Positions 8,531-16,847 of a stretch of DNA of 32,000 nucleotides are shown piece by piece. The position numbers and the translations under genes were made by a program. How positions within the stretch are numbered: the first letter of the stretch is position 1; each line of letters opens with the position of its first letter. The notes under the pieces were generated by a model. That model was not told the DNA's origin. It ran no database searches and worked only from the letters and a program-made list of their open reading frames with translations. Source of the DNA: Ignavibacteriales bacterium (GTDB lineage: Bacteria > Bacteroidota > Ignavibacteria > UBA10030 > UBA6906); NCBI GenBank assembly GCA_037441705.1, contig JBBIRR010000026.1, forward strand, positions 28,029 to 60,028, given 5' to 3'.

Positions 8531-9658
8531 CTACCACCACAATCCCCCATCAACATAATCCCAGAGGAAGAACGCGACAATCTTTCCGTCGAACGGTTTT
8601 GTACCGGCCACCGGGATTTCAGCGCCCAGCGAGAGTGCGAGGTGTCCTCGCTTCGTTATGCCCCAGTACACCTGAGGAATAAGCGAAAGCGTGTAGTCGG
8701 ACGCGGCGAGATTCTTTTTCACAAAAACCTCCAGACCCGGAAATACTCCCTGTTTTGATTCGAACAGCGTGAGCATCGAAAGAAAACTGGCGCGAAGCTC
8801 GGGGTTTCCCTTTGTCCTGTCGAGTGGAATCTCGCCTTTGACACTGGTCGAAAGCTGGAGTGAGCTGCCGATTCCCTGGGCTGCGGCAATGTACGGCACG
8901 GCCGTCACCGTTCCCGCTCCGAATCCTTTCGTCTCGCTTCCTGTCGGAAGCGCTGCCTCAAGGCCACCCGTCACGATCGTAAGCGACCTGTAGTTGTCGT
9001 AAAATGCGTACTTCAAGCCCAGCTCAAGGTCACCGATGCCCGTGGCGGCTGTGCCTGCTGCGCTTTTGGTGAGGAGAGGCAGCTTGGCTTCGTACTGGAA
9101 TCGGTTGCCGAAACGATTGGCGTAATACGCAACGACTTTCGTTTCCCGGTTTGTCACACCGTTTTCTTTCTTGAATTGGTAAGAAGGAATCAACAATGCT
9201 TCTTGTTCTACGAAGGCTTTCGTCGTGTAGTGGCCACGGAAGAAATTCAACTCGCCCTGAGGATACTTACTCTGATCAACAAACGACTTGACGTACTCGA
9301 CCGTCTCCTCGATCTGCTTCTCCGTCAGGGCGTCGTTCCAGGCGGGCATGGACATGGAAAGTCCACGTACGCCGCCGCCATGAGCGACAACGGCTTGCCA
9401 GTCTTTCCGCTTTTCGCGTGAGCTGAAGTAGCCATCGGTAAAATCCGGCGGAGGGGCATCCATGCCCGCCAGCATCTCCGGATCAATGTTGCCGGTACCA
9501 TCTTCTGCATGACAGCGTGCGCAGAACATTGCATAGATTTGCTTGCCGGAGAGTTTTTCCAGGGGAATCTCTTCCTCTTCCTGCTGTGCAGGCGACGGGT
9601 CACAGAGAAGAAGGAATAAACACACTACACCAAACACGCTAATCGTTCTGGGTATCAT
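8531..9658 (-). CDS. monoheme c-type cytochrome fused to an outer-membrane beta-barrel-like domain
   Basis: I placed the start at the ATG at 9658, which gives the signal peptide MIPRTISVFGVVCLFLLLCDPSPAQQ; the track start at 9790 adds 44 implausible residues. The heme-binding motif is CARCH, and the probable distal Met lies in SMSMPAW. The C-terminal ~240 aa have alternating beta-strand-like sequence, contain GIGDLELGLKY, and end in the aromatic terminus GGLWW. Confidence 0.7.
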   Translation of the reverse strand: MIPRTISVFGVVCLFLLLCDPSPAQQEEEEIPLEKLSGKQIYAMFCARCHAEDGTGNIDPEMLAGMDAPPPDFTDGYFSSREKRKDWQAVVAHGGGVRGLSMSMPAWNDALTEKQIEETVEYVKSFVDQSKYPQGELNFFRGHYTTKAFVEQEALLIPSYQFKKENGVTNRETKVVAYYANRFGNRFQYEAKLPLLTKSAAGTAATGIGDLELGLKYAFYDNYRSLTIVTGGLEAALPTGSETKGFGAGTVTAVPYIAAAQGIGSSLQLSTSVKGEIPLDRTKGNPELRASFLSMLTLFESKQGVFPGLEVFVKKNLAASDYTLSLIPQVYWGITKRGHLALSLGAEIPVAGTKPFDGKIVAFFLWDYVDGGLWW

Positions 9659-9954
9659 TCGTGATTTCTTCTTGGATGGAGATTGAACGAAGGAATGAAC
9701 ACACACCTCTTGCGCGCGTATCTTACACACTAACGGCGAAAGATGCAACACACATCCGTCATCCGGTTGCATCCCGAAAAGTGTGGTCATTAGGCAGAGG
9801 AAACCCGACGACGATATCGGCGGCGCTTCACCAGATCCTCCTCAAAGCACTTGAATTCCTCTCGTCCGCTGATAGTTTTCTCGATACTCAATCATCGGAT
9901 AAACCCTTCTCTTTCTCGACCCCCTACCACACTTTTACGGATGCTTCTGAGAAG

Positions 9955-11214
9955 CTATCGCAGCAGCACCATGCGCTTCGACTCGGTGAATTTTCCTGCC
10001 GTGAGCCGGTAGAAATACACTCCGCTTGCAAAGCCTTCGGCGTTGAATCTCACCTCATAGCTTCCAGGCTGGAGATTCTCGTTCACCAACGTCGCGACCT
10101 CATGCCCCAACACATCGTACACCTTCAATGTCACTCTCGCCGGATCCCCTTTTCTCCCGCTCGCCGATTCAACAGAGAAGTGTATCGTAGTTGTCGGGTT
10201 GAACGGGTTGGGATAGTTTTGCTCGAGTGAAGATTCTTGTGGCAGACCGGTTACAATCTCCCTCACATCCGTGACTTGAGAGAGGGGTCGTTTCCACACA
10301 CCCAGGTAACTTGCATACATGTTCGTTCCCATTACTGCGATCGCATTGACTGAACTCGGATCCGGCAGGCCGGTATTGACGGGACTCCAATTCGCTCCGT
10401 TATCACTTGTCCGATAGATGCCGCTGGCAACCCCCGTCCCCGAGTAGTTGAATCCGGCAAAAACAAACTGACCGACAGAATAGACGGTAAAGCAATAACT
10501 CCCCGCCGGTATGCCGTTGCTTGCGCTCGACCAATTCGCTCCATTGTCCGTTGAAAGATAAACGGAACTCCCGCTTGCAGCCGCGAGTCCGCAAAAGAGA
10601 TTGGAGCCACTGCGCGCAAGCGAGGAGACGTTTCTGTTGAATGCGGGAAGACCGTTGCTTGCCGCAGTCCACGTTGCACCATTGTCCGTTGAGCGGTACA
10701 CGCCGTTGGACTGAATTCCTGCCCAGAGTATCGTTCCATCAACAAGGATTGTATTCACACCGCCGAACCCCGGCAATCCCGTTCCCGGCCCGGTCCAGTT
10801 AGCTCCGTCGTTGGTAGAAACATACACACCACCCAACATGCTGCCGGCGTACAATGCATTGCTGCCGGCCGATATTGTTCCGATGTACGGAAGGGAAATT
10901 CCGTTGCTCGTTTGCTCCCAGCTTGAACCGTTGTTCGAGGAACGGTAGATGTACCCTGCTGCTGCGAAGACGAATGAACCGCGGGCAACCATTCCGGTTA
11001 CACCGCTTCCGGGCGGCAAGCCGTTTTTGACCTGCACCCACGTTGTTCCTTCGTCCTGTGTTCGTGCAATGCCTCCTGCGTAACCTGCAAACAACGTTGT
11101 CCCCGACACTGCCAACGCGAGCGCATTTGCGTTTCTCAATCCCGTTTGCGATGGAGCCCAGGTTGTCCCGTTGTTGGTTGATGCATACAGCCCGGCAGAT
11201 GATCCGGCAAACAC
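9955..11214 (-). CDS. T9SS C-terminal sorting domain protein with BNR-like (S/T-x-D/N-x-G-x-x-W) repeats; apparently 5'-truncated
   Basis: The C-terminus NYPNPFNPTTTIHFSV...VYDVLGHEVATLVNENLQPGSYEVRFNAEGFASGVYFYRLTAGKFTESKRMVLLR is a Por secretion tail. About eight repeats are present, for example STNNGTTW, TQDEGTTW, SSNNGSSW, STNDGANW, STDNGATW and TSDNGANW. The track start is a GTG with no signal peptide. The same frame stays open and repeat-like (TFAGASGGK) up to a stop at 11242..11244. Confidence 0.8.
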   Translation of the reverse strand: MFAGSSAGLYASTNNGTTWAPSQTGLRNANALALAVSGTTLFAGYAGGIARTQDEGTTWVQVKNGLPPGSGVTGMVARGSFVFAAAGYIYRSSNNGSSWEQTSNGISLPYIGTISAGSNALYAGSMLGGVYVSTNDGANWTGPGTGLPGFGGVNTILVDGTILWAGIQSNGVYRSTDNGATWTAASNGLPAFNRNVSSLARSGSNLFCGLAAASGSSVYLSTDNGANWSSASNGIPAGSYCFTVYSVGQFVFAGFNYSGTGVASGIYRTSDNGANWSPVNTGLPDPSSVNAIAVMGTNMYASYLGVWKRPLSQVTDVREIVTGLPQESSLEQNYPNPFNPTTTIHFSVESASGRKGDPARVTLKVYDVLGHEVATLVNENLQPGSYEVRFNAEGFASGVYFYRLTAGKFTESKRMVLLR

Positions 11215-11240
11215 CTTGCCCCCGGACGCACCTGCGAACG

Positions 11241-11522
11241 TTCATTTATTCCATTCTTGAAGATCGCGACAGCAACCTTTGGATCGGGTCGGTCGGCGGC
11301 CTTTCGATTCTCAACCTAAACACCGGCGCCATCACGGAATATCTCACTTCGGTTTTCGGAGACGCAGACGGTGAGCAGGGTATGAGCGTCCATATGGTGG
11401 ATAATGCGGGGGATGTGTGGATTTCATGTGCGCGTCACATTCATCGGTACCAACGAACGACGCGCACGTTTGTTGAAGTCGAATGGCCCGGTGGCGTTGC
11501 CGCACGGAATGTCACGGAGTGA
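11241..11522 (+). pseudogene. internal fragment of a two-component-regulator-propeller (Reg_prop) repeat gene, in inverted orientation
   Basis: The plus-strand translation reads FIYSILEDRDSNLWIGSVGGLSILNLNTGAITEYL...GDVWISCARHIHRYQRTTRTFVEVEWPGG. It has no start codon of its own. Upstream, the frame is merely antisense to the BNR gene. Confidence 0.65.
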
Positions 11523-11920
11523 TAGGCAGAATCGTCGGGAAGGAATTTGAACTTCTGGGTGCGGGGGTCGAACCGGTGGAGGCCCGCCGATGTTCCGACC
11601 CATATCGTGCCAGTGTGATCTTCGCACAACGACCAGACGGTATTGCTCTTAAGAGAGGAAGGGTCTTGCGCGTTGTGCCGAAAGACTTTGAACGAATAAC
11701 CGTCGTAGCGGTTCAACCCATCAGCAGTGCCGAACCACATGAAGCCGCGACGGTCTTGCATGATACACCACACGGAACCCTGGGAAAGTCCTTGGTCAAC
11801 AGAGAGTCGTTCGACGCGGTGTTGCATGATATCGAATTGCGCATAAGCGGATTGCTGGAGAAGCAAAAGTCCGAAAAGAAACAGGCATCGCCCTGCGCCG
11901 AACACCAACCTTGTTGCCAT
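11441..11920 (-). pseudogene. N-terminal fragment (signal peptide + Reg_prop repeats) of a ligand-binding sensor-type protein
   Basis: The fragment reads MATRLVFGAGRCLFLFGLLLLQQSAYAQ, then LSVDQGLSQGSVWCIMQDRRGFMWFGTADGLNRYDGYSFKVF...GTIWVGTSAGLHRFDPRTQKFKFLPDDSAYHS. Below about 11520 the frame merely reads the antisense of the inverted fragment, until the stop at 11441. Confidence 0.65.
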
Positions 11921-12118
11921 GATGAGAAAGGAAATGGGAAAAAACCGGGATCGCAGAACAAACTTATGAAGAGAAATGGGCGAAAGCAATCAACTTGTGT
12001 GGCTCAGGTTGCAGCCCGAAAAGTGGGGTAATTACGCAGAGGAAGCCCGACGAGCAAAGGCGTGATTGAGGTGACGAACGCGAAGAGCCAGAAAGTTGTT
12101 AGCGCCTTGTCGGCTCCG

Positions 12119-12838
12119 TCATCTGCCGAACACCCACTCGGGCGATGAGTGTTTCGTTCTCGCGAGATCTTCGATCGCGGCAGTCGGCAGCCCCTCCGTG
12201 TGCTCGACGGCGTGCCAGACCGCAATGAGCGCTTGCTTGATGCGCGCTGTGTCCACTCCGATGTTGCAGACGAAATCGCTGTGCGCCCGCTGCTGTCGGT
12301 AGGCAGGCTGCCTGGGCGGGCGCCTGAGGTACTTCTCCATCAGCGCAAGATCGAACTGCAGAAGAAACGTCCCATGAAACAGCAGCGCGTTCAATCGGCG
12401 CCGCTGTGCATTGCCGGAACATTTCCTGTCGCCGATGGTCAAGTCGCTGCTGCCTTGCACGTGCACCGGCCGGCCGAGAACGTTGGCCAGCGCGCCGGCA
12501 TGTCGCTGCATGACGAAGCGTGTCGTCTCCGTGATGTTGCGCGTCGGGCCGTCGGAGCGAATGGCGAGAACGAGCGAGAAGTTCAAGCAGCCGGGACCCT
12601 GCAGCACCGCGCCGCCCCCGCTGTGTCTCCGCAGAATCGGAATGCCGTCGGCACGGCAGGCATCCACATCAACTTCCTCTCGTACCTTGTTGGAGGAACC
12701 GAGAACAACGAAGTGCTGCGGCGATTCCCAGAAGCGAAGAAGTTCTTCGCGGGTGTCTTCTTCCACGATGTTCAACAATATCTCATCGCATGCAAGATTC
12801 TCTGCAGGCGTTGCGAAAGTAACGTCAAGCCACCTCAT
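12119..12838 (-). CDS. lipoate-protein ligase / octanoyltransferase family protein (BPL/LPL catalytic domain only, 239 aa)
   Basis: Motifs RRHSGGGAVLQGPGCLNFSLV and GDRKCSGNAQRR match the LplA/LipM-type catalytic domain. The gene is divergent from the PDH E1 gene. Confidence 0.8.
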   Translation of the reverse strand: MRWLDVTFATPAENLACDEILLNIVEEDTREELLRFWESPQHFVVLGSSNKVREEVDVDACRADGIPILRRHSGGGAVLQGPGCLNFSLVLAIRSDGPTRNITETTRFVMQRHAGALANVLGRPVHVQGSSDLTIGDRKCSGNAQRRRLNALLFHGTFLLQFDLALMEKYLRRPPRQPAYRQQRAHSDFVCNIGVDTARIKQALIAVWHAVEHTEGLPTAAIEDLARTKHSSPEWVFGR

Positions 12839-12903
12839 CGCGTCGGGAATGATTCTTCACGATTTTTTCTCTATATTGGGGATGTTTTCGCGAACACAAT
12901 CGT

Positions 12904-15630
12904 TTGTTCATTTACAATCACAAGAGTAGGCACGTGGAAACGGACGAGAAAGTACGCAGCACCAACGGTGTTGACTCCGACGACGAACTGCAGCGCATGT
13001 TAGACTCGCTGGAGTTTTTCTTTGAATATATGCTAAAAAACAAAGAGTCGGAACAGGCGCCGATTGTTGTCAGCCGTCTGCTTGACCGCTTGCGGGACTC
13101 GGGCGTGAACATGCCCGCGACCACCCGCACGCCGTATATCAACACCATCCCAAAAGAAAAGGAACCCCCGTATCCCGGCGACCGCGACCTCGAACGTCGC
13201 ATCAAAAGCTACATCCGCTGGAATGCGATGGCGATGGTCGTGAAAGCCAACCGCACACACAGCGGGTTGGGCGGGCACATCTCGACGTATGCCTCGAGCG
13301 CAACGCTCTACGAGGTGGGCTTCAATCATTTCTTCCGCGGCGCCGAGGGCGATCGGCCCGCCGACATGATTTTCTTCCAGGGCCATGCCTCCCCAGGCAT
13401 CTACGCGCGAGCATTCCTGGAGCGCCGTCTCGAAGCACATCATCTCCACAATTTCCGCCAGGACCTTGCCGAGGGCGGCGGCATCACATCCTACCCCCAT
13501 CCGTACATCATGCCGGAATTCTGGCAGTTCCCCACGGTTTCGATGGGGCTCGGCCCGATCAACTCCATTTATCAGGCGCGATTCAACCGCTACCTCAAGG
13601 CACGCGGCATCCTCACGGGCGGTGATGAACCCCGCGTGTGGGCATTCTTGGGTGATGGAGAGATGGATGAGCCGGAAGCGATGGGCGCGCTGCGGCTTGC
13701 CGCGAACGAACAACTCGACAATCTCATCTGGGTCGTCAACTGCAACCTGCAGCGCCTCGATGGACCCGTACGCGGCAACGGCAAGATCATTCAAGAATTG
13801 GAATCTGCCTTCCGCGGCGCAGGCTGGAACGTCATCAAAGTTATCTGGGGATCGGATTGGGACCCGCTGTTGAAGGCCGACAAGAACGGTCTTCTCGTCA
13901 AACGGATGGAGGAAGTGCTGGATGGGGATTACCAGAAATACACCGTCGAACCGGGCAGTTACACGCGCAAGCATTTCTTTGGCAAGTACCCCGAGCTGTT
14001 AGAAATGGTGAACCATCTTACCGACGAGCAGATTCGTAAGATGACGCGCGGCGGTCATGACCCGCAGAAGGTGTACGCAGCGTATCACGCGGCTGTCAAC
14101 CACAAAGGACAGCCTACCGTGATTCTTGCCAAGACGGTGAAGGGATACGGTCTGGGAGAAGCCGGCGAAGGACGCAACGTCACGCATCAGCAGAAGAAAT
14201 TGAATGAGAAAGAACTGCGTGAGTTTCGCAGCCGGTTCACGATTCCGATTGCGGACGAGGAAGTGGTCGAGACGCCCTTCTATCGCCCGGCGGAAGACTC
14301 GCCCGAGACGCGCTACTTGCTGGCGCGGCGCAAGGCGTTGGGCGGATTCCTTCCGCAGCGAAGTGAAGCCGCGCCCCCGTTGGAGGTTCCCTCGCTCGCA
14401 GACTTCGGAGAGTTCCTGAAAGGCTCCGAGCGGTTTGAGGTCTCCACCACCATGGCCTTTGTCCGCCTGCTCGGAACACTGCTGCGCAACAAGAAGATCG
14501 GCAACCGCGTGGTTCCTATTATTCCCGATGAGGCGCGCACGTTCGGCATGGACCCGCTCTTCCGCGAAGTCGGCATCTACGCGCCGAAGGGCCAGCTGTA
14601 CGAACCGGTGGATAGTAAAACGCTGCTGTACTACCATGAGACGAAGGACGGACAGATCCTCGAAGAAGGAATCACGGAGGCCGGCGCGATGGCGTCCTTC
14701 ATCGCTGCGGCAACGGCGTACTCCACCCATGGCATCAACATGATTCCGTTCTACATCTACTACTCCATGTTCGGCTTCCAGCGCATCGGCGATCTGGCAT
14801 GGGCGGCGGGCGATATGATGGCGAAGGGATTTCTCTGCGGCGCGACGGCAGGTCGCACCACACTCAACGGCGAAGGCCTCCAGCACGAAGACGGCCACAG
14901 CCACCTTCTCGCCAGCGCCATCCCCAATTTACTCTGCTACGATCCGGCGTTCGCCTACGAGATTGCCGTGATTGTGTGGGACGGGCTGCGACGGATGTAC
15001 GCGGAGAACGAGAAGGTGTGGTACTACCTCACGCTGTACAACGAGAACTACGCAATGCCTCCTATGCCGCTCGGCGTGGAGCAGGGCATTCTGAACGGAT
15101 TGTATCGGTTCAAAGCAGGCGAGCCTAAACTCAAACACAAGGCTCACATCTTTGGCAGCGGACCCATTCTGCGCGAAGCGCTCCGGGCACAACGGATTCT
15201 CGCGGAGGACTACGACGTCTCTGCGGACGTGTGGAGCGCAACGAGCTACAAGCGTCTCCGCAATGAAGCGCTGCAGGCCCGTCGCTGGAACATGCTGCAT
15301 CCCACCGCGCAGCCCAAGAAGTCGTATCTCGAACAGGTTCTCGAACAAGAACGCGGCGTGTTCATCGCCGTCTCCGACTACATGAAGATCGTTGCCGAGC
15401 AAATCGCGCCCTGGGTTCCCGGCGGCCTGTTGGCGCTCGGCACCGACGGCTTCGGCCGCAGCGACACGCGCCAGAAGCTCCGCCGCTACTTCGAAATTGA
15501 TGCCGAGTGTATCGTGATCGCGACGCTCTACCAGCTTTCACAAAAAGGGATGGTTGCGAAGAAGGCGGTGGAGAAGGCAATCAAAGAGTTGGATGTTGAT
15601 CCGGAAAAGGCGTTTCCACAGGTGGTGTAG
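12904..15630 (+). CDS. aceE: pyruvate dehydrogenase E1 component, homodimeric type
   Basis: The segment YINTIPKEKEPPYPGDRDLERRIKSYIRWNAMAMVVKAN and the ThDP motif GDGEMDEPE are present, and the length is about 900 aa. The start is uncertain: either the TTG at 12904 (track) or the GTG at 12934. Confidence 0.93.
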   Translation: MFIYNHKSRHVETDEKVRSTNGVDSDDELQRMLDSLEFFFEYMLKNKESEQAPIVVSRLLDRLRDSGVNMPATTRTPYINTIPKEKEPPYPGDRDLERRIKSYIRWNAMAMVVKANRTHSGLGGHISTYASSATLYEVGFNHFFRGAEGDRPADMIFFQGHASPGIYARAFLERRLEAHHLHNFRQDLAEGGGITSYPHPYIMPEFWQFPTVSMGLGPINSIYQARFNRYLKARGILTGGDEPRVWAFLGDGEMDEPEAMGALRLAANEQLDNLIWVVNCNLQRLDGPVRGNGKIIQELESAFRGAGWNVIKVIWGSDWDPLLKADKNGLLVKRMEEVLDGDYQKYTVEPGSYTRKHFFGKYPELLEMVNHLTDEQIRKMTRGGHDPQKVYAAYHAAVNHKGQPTVILAKTVKGYGLGEAGEGRNVTHQQKKLNEKELREFRSRFTIPIADEEVVETPFYRPAEDSPETRYLLARRKALGGFLPQRSEAAPPLEVPSLADFGEFLKGSERFEVSTTMAFVRLLGTLLRNKKIGNRVVPIIPDEARTFGMDPLFREVGIYAPKGQLYEPVDSKTLLYYHETKDGQILEEGITEAGAMASFIAAATAYSTHGINMIPFYIYYSMFGFQRIGDLAWAAGDMMAKGFLCGATAGRTTLNGEGLQHEDGHSHLLASAIPNLLCYDPAFAYEIAVIVWDGLRRMYAENEKVWYYLTLYNENYAMPPMPLGVEQGILNGLYRFKAGEPKLKHKAHIFGSGPILREALRAQRILAEDYDVSADVWSATSYKRLRNEALQARRWNMLHPTAQPKKSYLEQVLEQERGVFIAVSDYMKIVAEQIAPWVPGGLLALGTDGFGRSDTRQKLRRYFEIDAECIVIATLYQLSQKGMVAKKAVEKAIKELDVDPEKAFPQVV

Positions 15631-15703
15631 AATTATTGGAGGTTTACCTCTTGTGTGTTCCGGGCCCGCAAACTTTACTTGTCAAAGCCACGAGTATAAG
15701 GTT

Positions 15704-16615
15704 TCAAGATGCAGGAGGCCGGTGGCCCTTACAGATCTTGCAAGTGCATGTGGTGTTTGTGAAATGACGCACGCCAACGACGACGTCACCTTTGCGGTCG
15801 GCTCTCTTGAAGATATGGTCAAACAAGTCTTCTTCGTTGTTTTCAAGGTATCTTCTGAGAGAGTAAGCACAAACGTCAGCAATTTGAACCATGCTCGTCA
15901 GTGCGGAGTCTACGAAAAGAGGCGTCTCAATGATATTGTCGATCTGCGTCCAAAGAGTGCCATCGGAATGGAACTTTCTCATCAGTTGTGTGTGCTTCTT
16001 GGCTACGGTTTCGTTATTATCGTGAATGAGAAGTCCGAAGCTCTTTGTCTGTGCCCCTGTGTTGATTTGACGGAGAAACTGTTCGAACCGTGATACGACT
16101 TGTTCGAAGGCTTGTTCATCAACGGACTGTCGAGTCCGAGAAGGACTGAAATGGAGCTTGTCTATGCATTCGGCGAACAACCTGGCATATCCCCAGTCGC
16201 CTACGGCTTTTGCAATCTCTTCCACAAATGCCCGTCGTTCGGTGTAAGTCAGGTGAACATATGCTTCGGTTTGAGTGTAGTTCTTTTTTGTCTGCTTGTA
16301 GAGGGCTTTCCTGGGGCTCCTTTGGAGGGTGAGCATGTCGCTTTTTCTGAGGCGTTCAACCTCGTACCGCCTCTGGGCAAACGTCAGTTTTTCGAATCCC
16401 TTAATCTTCTTTTGTTCGACGTAGGGCCTTAGAATCCAACCAACATGTATTTCCGCATTCTGAAGCCCATATCTGTATTTGATCGCGCTAACTTGCCCCT
16501 CAAAGGATTTCCAATGCGATATTGGCAGAGCGAGCCCGCACAGCACATAGTGCGAGGTATTGCCGGGTATGTCGGATGTTCCAGACTCATCAATGTAACA
16601 AAGGTACACGTGCAT
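15704..16615 (-). CDS. DUF3800-like protein of unknown function
   Basis: The N-terminus is MHVYLCYIDESG, followed later by LLIHDNN and MVQIADVCAY. This spacing of conserved acidic residues matches what I recall of DUF3800 (PF12686). The C-terminus carries the Cys cluster CTCKICKGH. GC is clearly lower than in the flanking genes. Confidence 0.7.
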   Translation of the reverse strand: MHVYLCYIDESGTSDIPGNTSHYVLCGLALPISHWKSFEGQVSAIKYRYGLQNAEIHVGWILRPYVEQKKIKGFEKLTFAQRRYEVERLRKSDMLTLQRSPRKALYKQTKKNYTQTEAYVHLTYTERRAFVEEIAKAVGDWGYARLFAECIDKLHFSPSRTRQSVDEQAFEQVVSRFEQFLRQINTGAQTKSFGLLIHDNNETVAKKHTQLMRKFHSDGTLWTQIDNIIETPLFVDSALTSMVQIADVCAYSLRRYLENNEEDLFDHIFKRADRKGDVVVGVRHFTNTTCTCKICKGHRPPAS

Positions 16616-16847
16616 CTCCCATATAAAACAAAAAGCGACTGGAGATGAGGCCTATGGCCCCTCTTCGAGACGCTAAGCGACTCTTTCCAGACGCTATGTC
16701 ATGATAATGACAATCTACCACAATGTCAACAACAGCTATTCGGGAAAAAGGCAACGTCAAAAACATAAAGGTCCCATATATGTGTACAAGGCAAGATGCC
16801 CATCTTCGATCCGACATGGCTCATAGTATCGATTAGGAGAAACTTCA

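Noticed and set aside
10799-11245. 148-aa minus-strand ORF in the same frame class as the Reg_prop N-terminal fragment, as a possible continuation of that gene after the inverted segment
   Set aside because: Its translation is Arg/Cys-rich nonsense and is simply an off-frame reading of the BNR-repeat gene.
13033-14904. Two long minus-strand ORFs (313 and 301 aa) inside aceE
   Set aside because: Both are antisense to a gene carrying unmistakable E1 motifs. They are Arg/Ala/His-rich with no motifs.
16590-16817. 75-aa minus-strand ORF upstream of and overlapping the DUF3800-like gene start
   Set aside because: It has no motifs, overlaps the better-supported start, and lies in an AT-rich probable promoter region.
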